The position numbers were made by a program, and so were the translations under genes. 64,000 nucleotides of DNA, taken from the human T2T-CHM13v2.0 reference genome, Homo sapiens. The stretch lies in assembly GCA_009914755.4 (NCBI GenBank), contig CP086569.2, positions 3,808,001 through 3,872,000 of the forward strand. The letters are read 5' to 3'. Of the stretch, positions 41,291 through 55,699 are shown in pieces. The notes beneath the pieces are model-generated. The model did not search any database and was not told where the DNA came from. It saw only the letters and a list, made by a program, of their open reading frames with translations. Each line of letters begins with the position of its first letter. Position 1 is the stretch's first letter.

Positions 41291-42247
41291 TTTGGGCAAA
41301 TTTTATGCCTAATTTCAGCATAATGAAAAATGTCTTCTGATCATTTGAATTTACCAACGCAAATGTATACCCAGAAAATTCAGTCCAATTAACGTCATAA
41401 GGACAACACTGAATTCATTCCAGTTAGCCAACCCAAAAGGGTTGTATAGACAACCCACAACCAAAGAGTTGTATAGGCAACCCAGAATAGCCAGGGTAGC
41501 CCATTTTTATTAAAGGGAGTAAAACTATATAACTATAATAGATTTAGTTTGTGAAGATTAATAATACTATTAATAAATAGTTGATCATAATGAAGAAGAG
41601 GATGATTCTCAACAATAAATTAGTTAATTTTGCTTTTTGTTGATAAAAGAGATAAAATATCTGGCAAGAACAATGGTTTAAATTGCTGATACTAGCTTGT
41701 AGTCTACCTACAGATCTTCATTATCTTTATTTCTGTCCTCTAGGATAGTATAAATTATCTCTAGAAAATATAGTTTATTTAAAAATTAATATCCATCAGA
41801 ATTCTATTTTTCCAAGGCTATTTTTTTCTATAGTGTTTCAAACCACAGAAAACCTATATATCTGTATATGGAACATATTGAGAGTAATGTAAAGCATAAT
41901 GGTGCAACCACCTACAGATAGTGAAGAGAATTAACATAATAATTTTAAAAATACCAACTGAAAATCTTCTTTGCATAAGCCAAAAATAGTTAACTACATG
42001 CTGCTAGAGTATAAGTGTTTTAAAAGGAAGTGATAAAGATATTCTTTATTTAGCTCTATTTTATACAACATGTAATCTTGTTGTAAAGAAACATTTACTG
42101 TCTAGTTTACACTTTGTGGTTCATAATACCAACACTTACATAAACTAATTAACTAATGAAAATATGTCTTATCTTGTAAGTACTTTGGATAAGAATAGGT
42201 TCTCAACATTGTTTTTTGGTATTCTTACTTTTTTCTTCTGCTCATTA

Positions 42248-45200
42248 TTTTTTTTTATTTAATTAATTAAAAAAATTTAAGTTCAGGAGATACGTGTGCA
42301 GGTCTGCTACATGGGTTTATTGTGTAATGATGAGGTTTCCTCCTGGTGAACCCGTCACCCAAATAGTGAACATAGCACATGATAGGGAGGTTTTTGAATC
42401 CTTTCCCCTCCCTCTCTCTCGCCTTTTGTAGTCACCAGTGTCTATTATTTCCATCTTTGTGTCTACGCATGCCCATCCCATTTTTTATCTTCCACTTATC
42501 AGTGAGAACATATAATATTTGATTTTCTGCTTCTCAGTTATTTTACTTAGGAATAGTCTCCAGCTTCATCCATGTTGCAGCAAAGGTCATGATTTCATTC
42601 TTTTTTATGGCTGCATGGTATTCTGTGGTGCATACAAGCCACATTTTTTATTCTAGTCAACCACTGATGGATATTTAGGTTAGTTCCATGACTTTGCTAT
42701 TGTGAATAGTGCTGCAATAAACACACAAGTGCAGGTATCTGTTTGATGAAACAATTTCTTTTTCTTTGGGTAAATACCCAGTAATAGGATTGCTGGGTCA
42801 AATGGTAGTGGCTGTTCTATGTTTAGTCCTTTGAAAAGTCTACATACTGTTTTCCGTATGACTAAACTAATTTACATTCCCACCAACAGTGTATGAGCAT
42901 TCTATTTTCTCTGCATCCTTGCCAACATTTGTTAGTTTTTGACTTTTTATAATAGTCATTCTGACTGGTGTGAGATGATATCTCATTGTGGTTTTAATTT
43001 GCATTTCTTTGATAATTAGTGATGTTGATCACTTATACACATGTTTATTGACCACGTGTATGTCTTCTTTTGAGAAATCTCTGTTTAGGTTCTTTGCCCA
43101 CTTTTTGATGGATTTATTTGTGTTTTTTTGTTGTTGATTTGCTTAAGTTCTTTATATAATCTGAATATTAGTCCCTTGTCAGATGCATAGTTAGAAAACA
43201 CTTTCTGCCGTTTTGTAGGTTGACTGTTTACTTTTCTGATCATTTCTTTTGCTGTGCAGAAGCTCTTTAGTTTAAGTCCCACTGGACATATTTTTTGTTT
43301 TTATTGCATTTGCTTTTGAAGTCTTAATCATAAATTCTTAGCCTAAGCCAGTGTCCAGAATAATTTTTCTTAGATTTTCTTTTAGTATTTTTATACTTTC
43401 AGGTATTACATTTAAGTCTTTAATCCATTTTGAGTTAATTTTTGTACGTAATGAGAGCTAGTGGTCCAGTTTCATTCTTCTGCATATGCCTACCCAGTTT
43501 TCCTAGCACCATTTATTGAATAGAATATCCTTTCCCCATTGTTTATTTTTGACAACTTTGTCAAAGATCAGTTTCTTTTATGTATGTGGCTTTATTTGTG
43601 GGTTCCTTACTCTATCCCATTGATCTATGTGTGTATTTTTATACCAGTACCATGCTTCCTTGGTTACTATAGCACTGTAATATAGTTTGAAGTCAGGTAA
43701 CAAGATGCTTCCAGTTTTTTTGTTGTTGTTGTTTTGCTTGTTTACTTAGGATTGCTTTGGCTCTTCAGGATATTTTTGGTTTTCTATGAATTTTAGAATA
43801 GTTGTTTTCTAATTCTGTAAAAAATAACATTGGTAAATTGATAGAAATTGTGTTGCATCTGTAGATTGATTTAGGCAGTATAGTCATGTAAATGATACTG
43901 ATTTTTCTTATCCATGAGACTGGGATGTTTTGACATTTGTCCGTGTTATCTATAATTTCTTTCATCAGTGTTTTGTAGTTCTCCTGTAGCAGTCTTTCGT
44001 TGCCTTGGTTAAATGCATTGCCAGGTATTTTTTGTTTATACAGCTATTGTAATTGGGATTTAGTTCCTGATTTGGTTTCAGTTTGAGTGTTGGTGCATAG
44101 AAATACAACTAATTTTTGTATGTTAATTTTGCATCCTGGACCTTTACTAAACTTCTTTATCAAGTCTTGGAGTATTTTGGAGGACTGTTTAGGATTTTCT
44201 ATGTATAAGATTATGTCATCAGCAGTCAGAGATAATTTGGCTTCTTTTTTTTTCCAATTTAGAAGCCTTTTTTTTCTTTCTTTCTTTTGCCTGATTTCTC
44301 TGACTAGGGCTTCCAGTATTATGTTAAATAGCAGTGGTGAAAGTGGACATCCTTGTCTTGCTTCAGTTCCTAGGGGAAATATTTTCAACTTTTCCACATG
44401 TGGTATAACACTGGCTGTGGGTTTATCATATATGGCTCTTATTATTTTGAAGTATGTTCCTTAAATGCTTAGTTTGTTGAGGGCTTTAGTTATAAAGGGA
44501 TGTTGGGTATTATCAAATGCTTTGTCTGCCTCTATTGAGATGACCATATGGTTTTTTTTTTTAATTCTGTTTATGTGGTTAATCAGATTTATTGATTTAT
44601 GTATTTTGAACTATCCTTTCATCTCTGCAATGAAACACACTTGATCATGATTAATTATGTTTTGTGTTATTGCTGGATTCATTTGGCTAGTATTTTGTGG
44701 AGGATTTTTGTCTACATGTTCATCAGAGATATTGGCCTGTAATTTGTTGTCATTGTCGTTTGTGTCTTTATTGAATCTTGCTATCAGGATGATACTGGTT
44801 TTGTAAAATTAGGAAGAAATTCTTCTTTCTTGACTTTTTGGAACAGTTTCAGTAAGATTGGTACCAGCTCTTCTTTATCTGACAGAATTTGACTGTGAAT
44901 CTGCTTGGTTCTATTTTCTCTTTTGGTAGAAATTTTATTACTAATTCATTTTCATACCTCATTATTTTCCTGTACAGGATTTCAACTTCTTCCTAGTTCA
45001 ATATTGAGAGATTGTATATTTCCAGGATTTTTTCCATTTCCCCTAGGTTTTCTAGTTTGTGTGCATACTTATGTTCATAGCAGTCTCTAAGAAGCTTTTG
45101 TATTTCTGTAATATTATTCATAATGTGAAAGTTGTTAAGATCTTTATTTTTTTTTATGTAGGCATTTAGTGCTATAAACTTTCCCCTTAACACTTTCTGT

Positions 45201-46460
45201 ATCACAGAAGTTTCAGTATGTTATTTCTCTGTTTCCATTTACTTCATTTTTTAAATTTCTGCCTTTTATTGCTTACACAAAAATTATTCAGAATGAAGTT
45301 AGTTTCTATGTTCTTGTGTGGTTTTGAGAGTTTCTCTCAGTATTGATTTCTAATTTTATTTCACTGTGATCTGAAAAGGTGCTTGATATGATTGAGATTT
45401 TTAAAAAAAGATTGTGACTTTATTTATGACCAAGCATATGATCTATTTTAGAAAATGTTCCATGCACAGATGAGAAAAAATTATATATCTTTTTAGCGTA
45501 ATTTTGTGTAGATGTGTATTGGGTCTATTGTTCAGGAGTCCAATTTAATTCCAGAGTTTGTTAGTTTTCTGCCTCAGTGATCTGTCTAGTGCTTCTAGTA
45601 GGGTTTTAAAGCTCCCTACTAGTATTATATGAATGTCTGTCTCTTTATTGGGTCTAGTAATATTTGTTTTATTACTCTGTGTTCTCTGGTGTTGGGTGTA
45701 TATATGTTTAGAATAATTAAATTTTCTTGTTTAATTGAGCCATTTAGCATTATATGATGCCTTTCTTTGTCTTTTTTTTATTTTACTGTTGTTTTAAAGT
45801 CTATTTTATCTGATACAAGAATATCAACCCCTGCTTCTTTTTTGTTTTTCATTTGTGTGATATATCTTTTTCTACTCCATTATTCTGAGTTTGTGGGGGT
45901 CATTACATGTTTGGTGGGTTTTTGAAGGCAACAGATGTTTGGGTCATCTTTAAATCCAATTTGCCAGTCTACATCTTTTAAGTGGAGTATTTAGGCCATT
46001 TATGTTAAAAGTTAATATTGATATGTGAGGTTTTGTTCCTGTCATAGTGTTTTTGACTAGGTACAGTGTAGTCTCAATTGTGTAACTGCTTTAGAGGACC
46101 TGTGGATTTTGTCTGTAAGTGTGCTTTTATGGTAGCAAGTATTGTCTTTTTTTTTTCCACGTTTAAAACTCCTTTGAGCATTTCTTACATGATTGGTCTG
46201 GTTGTGATGAATTCCCTTAGCATTTGCTTATCTGGGAAATTTTTAACTTCTTCTTTAAGAGGCTTAGTTTGGCAGGATATGCAATTCTTGGTTGACATTT
46301 ATTTTTCTTAAGAAGTCTAAAAATAGGCCCCCAATCTCATCTGGCTTGTAAAGTTTCTCCTGGGAAGTCTGCTCTTAACTCTGTTTTGATTTCCTTTATA
46401 GGTAATTTGACCCTTTTCTCTAGCTGTTTTTAAGATTCTTTTCTTTAGCATTGACCTTAG
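42248..46460 (-). mobile_element. LINE-1 (minus), about 4.2 kb, from the 3' end to near the ORF2 start (5'-truncated)
   Basis: Poly-T followed by tttaagttcaggagatacgtgtgcaggtctgctacatgggtttattgtgtaatgatgaggtttcctcc, the L1 3' end reverse complement. Minus-strand ORFs 43085-43282 (KSFCTAKE…[19 protein letters not shown]), 44044-44397 ([30 protein letters not shown]…[15 protein letters not shown]) and 44993-45205 (RGKFIALNAYIKK…YEHKYAHKLENLGEMEKIL) match L1 ORF2. Confidence 0.9.
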
Positions 46461-48294
46461 ATAGTACAAATACAGAATGCTTCATATATTTGCATGTTAT
46501 CTTTGCCAGGGGGCATTCTAAACTTCTCTGTATTGTTCTAATTTTAGTATATGTGCTTCTGAAATGAGCACCTTTTATTTATTCTTAACAGAAACTTAAA
46601 TATGTCATAACACAGATATATTTGCTGTACCCTAAGAATTAACTTTTCATTGTATTGATAAATACGTGTAACTTTGGTTCATACAGACATGTTTGTTCAG
46701 TTTGGTCAACTTATTGGCCAATGGAAAGCATGATGTTTAGATATTGTTACAGTTGTAATGTCAATTTAAACATGATAAAAATTCATAATTAATAATTTCT
46801 CTATTTCACAGAAAAGAAAATAAGAAATTAAATATTTACAAACACCAAGTATTTCTAGACACTATCCTTTACATATATTGTCCAATATAAGCTTCAAAGC
46901 AAACTTACCATGGTTTTTTATTTTTTATTTTCCTGCTTTCTCATAGGAGGAAATTAGAGGACAGAGTAATTAAATAACATTTCCATTATGATACAAACTG
47001 ACTCCACCATCCATGTTCTTCACAATTTATCTCACTGACTCCTATTCACTGTAGGCAGGACCACTGTGAATTTTGAAAGCTTCTTTCTCAAAACAAATTA
47101 CACTTTTATGTGTCATTTTCAAATGTTTTTTCTTTATCATTTTAGAGAAAAGAAACTGCATAATTAATATTATGCTGCTGTGTTTCTGTGTAGTTTCCAG
47201 AAATTATCTACTACTACCATCTCTTTACTTGCAAATCAGTCCTCTTTCTCTGTAATTTCTCCCTTTATTTTAAGACATTGAAATGTTTAAGACATAGAAG
47301 AATTAAAAATGTAGAAACATTTAAGAAATGGAAAGGCAAGGAAGCCTCAAATTTTGTTATGTTTATCTTTATTATGAGCAATTTCCACATATAAGGTTTC
47401 TAATAAACATTATTTTTACTTTTCTCAATGACTTAAAATTTATCTACATTAAATCTATCATATTTTACATTTGTCCTTCAGTGCAGGAAATATTAATATA
47501 ATTTTAATAGGGTTGATAAAATAATATTAACACCATAAAACAATCCAACCAAAAAACATAGAAGCCACATTATTTTTATTTGATCATTATACCAGCTTAT
47601 TAAAAAAATCAGAGAAGAATAGGCATTATGTGATATTTCAAGGTGAACAGGCTTGATTAATATCAGAGAAGGAATGCCATTCCAAGTATCTTAATCTTAT
47701 ATTTTGTGCTCTTATTAAAATGCCATTTTCTAAAAAAGTTTCCTATTTTGTATATTCTTGGGGAATGAAAAACAGAGAAAAAGAACAACGCTTTAAAGGA
47801 AAATAAAGTACAAATTATAATAAAGTTTGAAGATAAAATAAACATTCTATAATTAACCTAATAATTATGGTGAACCAGAGTAAAATCCACATATACCACC
47901 CAGACTAAGGAAGTTTTGATCTAATTTAGGCATCTTTTTAAATTCATTCCTTACATAGTGAGAACCCATTTAGACCATTGGCTGGAACTGATGAAACCAC
48001 ATTTATTACCACTACGGATTTCTCATGCCTGCTTATCTTGGCCCATGTTCTCCATTCTGTACCGGGTGGAAAAAAAAAAATTCTTTATTAGTTTATTCAC
48101 TGCTGATAATGGTTGAACTCTTGCCCTGGCCCTGAAAAGAAGTGCAATGTGTTCCAACTATCTTATTATTTAGCATCCACAGCAGCCATTGTGTAGCCTG
48201 GATCCAAAACTACACTTCATATGACGCATGCAATAGAAGTAGCTAGAAAACTTTTATTCCAGTGATAATTATAGCTAACATTTTATATTGAGTA

Positions 48295-48480
48295 ATTATT
48301 GTATGCAAGGCATTATTTTAAGTGCCTCATAAAAACATAATTACATTTAATCCTTACAACAATTCCGGGAGGTAGGTATTATTATCCTCCATTTACTAAT
48401 GAAAAATCTGAGACCTAAAATGATTGAAAACCTAGTAAATGGTAGAACCATAGTTCAATCCTAGATTTTTTGACTCTAGA
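48295..48480 (-). mobile_element. MIR SINE fragment (minus)
   Basis: tgcaaggcattattttaagtgcctcat…tttaatccttacaacaattccgggaggtaggtattattatcctccatttactaatgaaaaatctgaga is the reverse complement of the MIR core (…cctcatctgtaaaatggggataataatagtacctacctcatagggttgttgtgaggattaaatgag…tgccaggcactgttctaagc). Confidence 0.6.
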
Positions 48481-49989
48481 GATTTAGCTTTTAGCCATTA
48501 TGCTACATCATCTCCTTTTTAAGTTAATTCAGTATAAAGTGGGACATACCATATTTATAACTTTCATGGGACTAGGTAAACAAAGTGTTCCAGGGTCTTG
48601 TTCTTCAAAAGGTTACACTGAATATAGTGAAAATTCTGATATTAGGTGAGAAAAAAACAAGGCATTAATCAAAACATTAGTCAAAACTATATGTATTTGA
48701 AAGATTTTTTACAGTGGTTGCTTGGAATACCAACAATAGGAGCAAAGTATAAAAATCCAAATAGCTCTTTCTGTGTATCAGTATAATTTCATTTGTATTC
48801 ATTTTTCAATCTTGCAAAGATTGTGGAAACAGGAAATGACAGTCATGTAAGTGGTGAACATATTCAAATACTGGAAACAACATTAAAAATTCAACTGAGT
48901 AAACTAAAAATTTCATGCTAACATTGTAATTTTTACGGAGGATATCCTCATAATATATATTTCTCTATTATTTAATTTTTAAAGACTTAATAAGTTAATT
49001 GAGATGTGTACTTTTCCACAAAAGTATTATAATTGTTTCTATGATTTAACTGTTATTTTATTAAGTATAATTGTTTTGGTTTTGTAAAATTATGTAATTT
49101 TGTGTATTATGAACTTTAAACAACAAATTTAATTTCATACAAAGCTTTCATAATATTCTATAGTTCAAGCTGCAATTCTATGTTACAACGTTACTCTAAA
49201 AAAAATTCAAGCATCCACTTAGAATTCTGATAGTTGATTTTGAATTCTGCAGGATTGTTTTAATGTAAGAGAGTTACCAGAGGTAAGAAAATAAAGTCAT
49301 TGTTATATGAGCCATGAAAAAAGACTAGATAATACCAAATATAAATTGTTAGGTAGAATAAAGTGCAGGAGCCTCCAGGGATAATTTGTTAATAATTAAA
49401 AATACATACCTTTAGGATAAGACTAAAAAATCTGAGCCTATCTAAAAAAGAAAACAATCAGAATATTACAGAATATTAAAAAATAATATTATGACATATT
49501 AAATGGATACTAAACATTAAAATTCCCAAAAGAAAATAATAATATCAGATTTTATAGTTCATAATGTAGTAAGTACCTAAAGCATGTTTACATTTATGCA
49601 AATTTGTGACATATGTGTATATAAGCTTGTATGTCTATATATGTATTTAACCATTACTTTATAATCATTCCTTATATTCCCCCAAATTGAAAAATAAATA
49701 AATAATAGAATAAACATATTACTTAGAAATATTAAAAAATACCACAAAAGTCTTAGAACAATTGAGTATGGTTGAATCTAGGGAGAAGAATTTCAAGGTC
49801 AGAAGGGATTGAGCCAAGCAACTGCTAATTCTCATTATAAGGTTTGTAGAATTTGCTTTATGTTCAAATTTTGTACATGTATAACTTTAAAAGAACAAAA
49901 AGATCAAATTTAAAATATAACTTTCTTTTTTCTCTAGATAACTAATTAGAGGCTTTCAGCATGCCTTAGCCACTTGGAGATAGCAAGAT

Positions 49990-52897
49990 AGTGCATAAAG
50001 ATGAACTCTTCTTTGAGAAGAAAAAAATTGGAATCCACTAGAATCATAAAGGACACCACAGATCCCAAGAAGAACGCTTGTAAACAGCCCCTGTGATGGT
50101 ATCTGTCTGATACAAGTGAGTGAAGCCCCAGTATGTGAGAGAGGGAGAGAGCCTCCCTCGGTGACTCACCTTTTCCCTGGACATTTGAGCAACCAAGGCT
50201 GAAGGAGAGCACTTTGTTTCTCCCAAGCCCTGGCAGCAACTTCAGGATAGGCTTGGAGATACTGTGAGGAAAAGATACCAGGAAAAGCTTCAGGTATTTT
50301 CTCAAACATGGGACTGAGAGCAGGATGCCACTTTTAATCAAGGTGCATAGTCAGCCATTCTTTGGTGACTCACAAACATGGCCATGCAGGCATTTCAGTC
50401 TCAGGCCAAACACTGGAGTTCTCTCTCTGGAGTGGGGTAAGGGCCTCCTTAGCCAGAGCTATGGAAAGCAGCAGTAGATGCTGGGATTATGCTCTCCCCA
50501 GTCACAATCCTGGGGCAGGAGGAGAGCTGCTACAGCTGCAGTTTCTCCTGGATGGCAAGGACTGCAGTCAGGGCCAGCTTGGTGACCTAGAACTGGTCCA
50601 TATGTGCTATTGCTGGGTGCCCCAGCCTGCACTCCTGACATCTTGTGTAGCAAGGCCCTCTTTGCTCCAACTCCAGACAGAAATCTAGGCATTTGGAGCA
50701 TCCTCTTGTCTGGTTCAGCAGCCAAGTGGCATCCTGCTCTTAGTCCTTACTCTTTCTGAACATAGATTGTGGAGCAGCAAGGACCTGTCTGCTCCACTAC
50801 CAAAGCAGATATTCAGGTATTTGGAACATCAGTCAGCTGGATGAGCAGCCTGAACTTCCCCACCCTTCCTGTGCAGAGATCCTTGTGCAGGTGGGGGTTG
50901 TGGGAGTGGAGCTCACTTTTACAAGCTCAGGCAGATTTCCAGGAATTCAGAGCACCTGCTAGTCTGGTTCAGCAGCCTGAGTTGCCCCACCTCTCCTGTG
51001 CAGACATCTTGGTGCAGGGGACCCACTCTACTTCAAGCCAAGGAAGACTTCTCGGCATCTGAAGAACACACTCTCCTGTATTAGGAGATTACGCCACCTC
51101 TCATTAATGTGCAGAGATTTTGGGGCTGAAGAGGTTCTTCAGCTCCATGCCTAGGCACATCTCTGAGTGCTTGGTGGTGACCCATGGGATTTTCTGTCAC
51201 TGAAAGTGCTTGTGGCTGCCATCATGGGACCTGAAGGCAGAACTGCCCAGTCTGGCCCCATTTATCACTGTCCACAACAATGCAGGGTTCTGCAGAGGGC
51301 TCAGTTCACTAAATATTCTAGTAATCAGCTAATTGCCTGAGGCAACAGAGAGCTTCTGCCAGTAAAAAATAATGTATACAGAACTGCGTTGGCTGCAGCC
51401 ATCTCTTACCCCTATAAGTACTCTCTGCTGGCTTGTACATTGAACTGCACAGACCAATATAAAACCTGCCAAAAGAAGTGCATGGGTCTATAGAGGCAAA
51501 GCCAAAGGACACTACCCAGCATTCTCTACAGTTGTACCCCTAGGGAGGGGAGAAAAGGGAATGGGAAAAATATTGTTATAGGGGAAGAAATAAAAAGAAA
51601 AAAATCCTACCAGCATTAAAATAATTAGAAAAATTTAATGTGCCACCATCTCCAGATGAGAAGGAACCAGCACAAAAATTCTAACACCGTAAAAAATCTG
51701 AATGTGATGACACCATCAAAGGATCACACTAGCTCTCTAGCAATGGAATCTAACAAAAAGGGAAATTCACAAATTACAGATAAATAATTCAAAGCATGGA
51801 TTACAAGAAAGTTCAATGAGATCCAAGACAAGGTTAAAAATCAACACAAACTTCTAAAGCAATCCATGAAATGAAGAAAGAGATAGACATCTTAAAAATC
51901 AATCAGAGCTTCTGGAATAGAAAAATCCTCTCCTAAGAATTTAAAATGCAATTGAAAGCTTTATCAATAATCTAGAAAGAACAAAAGAAAGAATTTCAGA
52001 GCTGGATGACTGGTCCTTCAAGTTAACCCAGTTACACGGAAATAAAGAAAAAAGAATTTTAAGAAATAAAAATTTCTTCAAGAAATACAGGATTATATAA
52101 AGTGACCAAACCTATGAATTAATGGCATTCCTGAGAGAAGGGAAAAAAAGCAAACCACCTGGAAAACATATTTGAGGAAATAATTCAAGCAAATCCCTCT
52201 AATCTTGCTAGAGAGGCAGACATCCAAATAAAAAAGAAATCCAGAGAACACCTGTGAGATACTATAAAAATGAACATGGCCAAGGCACATATTTACCAGA
52301 CTGTCCAAAATAAATGCTACGGAAAAAATATTAAGGCCAACTAAAGAAAAAGATCAGATCATGTACAAAGGCATCTCCATCAGGTTACATGTGAAGTTCT
52401 CAGCAGAAATCTTATAAGCCAGGAGAGACTGGGGATCTATTTCTAGCAATATTCAAGTAAAGAAATTCCTACGAAGAATTTAATATCCCAGCAAACTAAG
52501 CTTCAAAAATGAAGGAGAAATAAAATCTTTTCAGATAAACAAGTTCTAAGGGAATTTATTACCCCTAGGCCAACATTAGAAGAGATTATTAAGGGATTTC
52601 TAAATATGGAAATGAAAGAATGATGCCTGTGACCACAATAACACATTTAAGTACATAGCCCACAGACCCTCTAAAGCAACCACACAATAGAAACTACAAA
52701 GAAATCAGCTAACTACTTTACGATAGGATCAAAACCTCACATATCAATATTAACCTTGAATGCAAATGGTCTAAATAGCCAACTTCAAAAGCATAGAGGG
52801 GCAAGTTGAATTAAAAAAAAAAAAAAAACAAGACCAATCCAACTGCTGTCTTCAAGAGACCAATCTCACACAAAACAACATTCATAGGCTCAAAGTA
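49990..52897 (+). mobile_element. LINE-1 (plus) 5' portion only: a long 5'UTR with internal tandem repeats, a decayed ORF1, and the first roughly 100 bp of ORF2. It is 3'-truncated.
   Basis: 50590-51010 holds tandem repeats of about 125 bp (…tggttcagcagcc…cctgtgcagagatccttgtgcagg…), typical of older L1PA/L1PB 5'UTRs. 51640-52700 translates to ORF1-like sequence (…SWMTGPSS.…IFEEIIQANPSNLAREADIQIKK.REH…LISQQTKLQK.RRNKIFSDKQVLREFITPRPTLEEIIKG.LNMEMKE). 52720-52897 carries the ORF2 start (GSKPHISILTLNANGLNSQLQKHRGAS.IKK…QDQSNCCLQETNLTQNNIHRLKV). Similarity stops abruptly after ggctcaaag at 52897. Confidence 0.8.
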
Positions 52898-53039
52898 TGT
52901 TACAACTCAAATATAATGTAATGGTCTCCTTTATACTTTAACCTGGCTTAAATAGAAGTGTGTCTTAATTATATTATTGTCTATATTTTTGGTATGCCTG
53001 AATTATATCATAATAACATAATAAAATATAAGTATATAA

Positions 53040-53338
<299 letters not shown>

Positions 53339-53354
53339 TATAAGTGTACTTTTT

Positions 53355-53510
53355 AAATTTAAATTTTATAATTAAAAGTGTAATTTTATAATGTAAATAT
53401 AATGCAATAATTTAAATATTATAATTTGATAATTTAATATTGTAATTTAATAATTTAATATTATAATTTAACAATTTAAATATTATAATGCAAATATAAT
53501 GTAATAAAAT
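53355..53510. repeat. AT-rich minisatellite-like tandem repeat
   Basis: Reiterated units such as taatttaatattataattt, aatttaaatattataat and gtaatttaataatttaatattataatttaacaatttaaatattataatg. Confidence 0.6.
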
Positions 53511-54702
53511 ATAAGTAAGGATTAAAAAATAATAGCATAGACTGCATGGTGCAGAATATAACTTCATGATACCTGGAGATCTGTAAGATTATAGACTCCC
53601 ATCCTGAACCTGGCTCATAGCTTAATAAGAACAGCAGAATTCCTAATATTCCTGTGTGTAAAACATATCCAATCTCCTAGGCTCCTTAAATTAAAGAAAG
53701 GCCTCAGTTGTCATTTTTATTATGTTAGAGGTTCCTTTACATGTCTTATGTTTGTATAAGAAAAGAAAATCTTATTGGGATTTGCTGCTTGTATGAATAT
53801 TGCAAAAGTGATTAACGTAAACAATATGTATATTGGAATTATGAAATTTCATGAAGAGAAGAAACATTTAGCTAAAATTTTATCTGTTCAAGTTAAATCC
53901 TGTTAGGAAATTAACTACTTTATGGTTCTGAACCAATATTTAAATTAGTATTTTTTTTTTAAGCTTACAGCCATAAATTTAGAGTGAGTCGAGTCTGGGT
54001 GGTTTGAGCTTTTTTCTGTTTATCTGCTCATATATGTAGGCATAAATTAGAGGGAAAGATGGCTTTAATCACAGTTGGGGCGTTTCCAGGAAAATATGTT
54101 GGCAAGAGAGAGTGTGTGTGATTTACACATGTACATGAATCACATTAAAATATTTGATTGTTTTAATGTAGGAAACATCAAGTTCAAATCTGTGTAACTT
54201 TTACTGCGGTGAAATAAAGTTCTGACATAAAACATAAAATGCTAATGTTTCATACATAGATTTCCTCATTAGATTTATTATATGAAAATTTGAATATGGG
54301 CAGCGATGCACTGAAAAATAAAATGAAATGTGTGTTACAGTTTAATTTAGAGGTCTCCATATTGTAATCAGCTTAATGCCCTGGGACAACTACTAAAAAT
54401 ACAGTTTTGATTTATGTTTTAGTAATATAAATGTTTAAGATCATATATGCACTATTCTTTCTTAAGAATTTGTTTTGTTCTTTCTGCACACACACAACAT
54501 CATAATGACAATGACTTTCTGATGTGTACACATATCTAAAGTTATTCCAAAGTTAACTTCAGGTTGTTGACAGATTGCTTCTCTTGGGTTCTTTGGGGAC
54601 TGGATTGAAGCTTGGCTTTTGAGAAGGGAGACTTTCATACTTAAGAATGCATTTTTTAGACTATCTCACAAGGAATCAAGACTGTTTTTTGAAGAACCAT
54701 AT

Positions 54703-55055
54703 TTTTGTTTTTAACTTTTAAGTTCAGGGATATGTGTGCCGAATGTGCAGATTTGTTACATAGGTAAATGTATGTCATGGGGTTTGTTGTACAGGGTATT
54801 TCATCACCCAGGTATCGAGTCTGGTATCCATTAGTTATTTTTCCTGATCCTATCCCTCCTCCCACCTTCCACCCTCCGATAGGCCCCAGTGTGTGTTGTT
54901 CCCCTCTATGTGTCTGTGAGTTCTCATCATTTAGCTCCCAGTTATGAGAGAGAACATGTGGTATTTGGTTTTCTGTTCCTGTGTTAGTTGTTAAGGATAA
55001 TGTTAAGGATAATGGCCTGACGTTCCTTCCATGTCCTGCAAAGGAAATGACCTCA
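54703..55055 (-). mobile_element. LINE-1 3'-end fragment (minus, L1PA-type)
   Basis: tttttgtttttaacttttaagttcagggatatgtgtgccgaatgtgcagatttgttacataggtaaatgtatgtcatggggtttgttgtacagggtatttcatcacccaggtatcgag…gtttctgttcctgtgttagttgttaaggataatg matches the L1 3' terminus reverse complement. Confidence 0.8.
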
Positions 55056-55699
55056 AGGAACCACATGTTTAAAATGTATTTAACATCTCTGGGTTAGTGG
55101 TTTCCCTAAATGGATGTGAATTCCTTTCATTGAGTAAATAATGGTTGAAGTCCCAGATACTCTCTTAGGACTCCAGGATACAACAGCAAGCAAGACAGTT
55201 TATGTCTGTGCTTATTACAGAGTTTACGTTCCGGCAGCTTTGGCCATAAAAAAGTTTCCTTCCCCATATGTAAAAGAATATTTGCTGGAATAATAATAAT
55301 AACACATAGGCTCAAAAACATGGTTAGATGCCATAAAATATTTTTTATTTGAATTCTGTTTATTGGACTGGCTGCTCAGAGACACTTCTTAATGCCTTCA
55401 TTTCAATATACAGACACAGTTTTCCAAATGAATACATACTCTATGCCAGGCATTGTGCCAGGTAATTCACACATATTATCTCACTTAAGTCTTGCAAAAA
55501 ACCAGAGGAAATAAAAAATTATTTCAATTTTTTTAGACAGGAAAAATGACAGTAAGAAAAGTGAGATAATAATCAAATTTAATTACTTTAGTTGTTAGTG
55601 GTCACATTGGGCTACAAATCAAGGTTAATTCCACTTCACAACCCTAATACACTCTACCACCCTGCAGCACTGCAGGAAAGCCCTTATAACACATCATAT

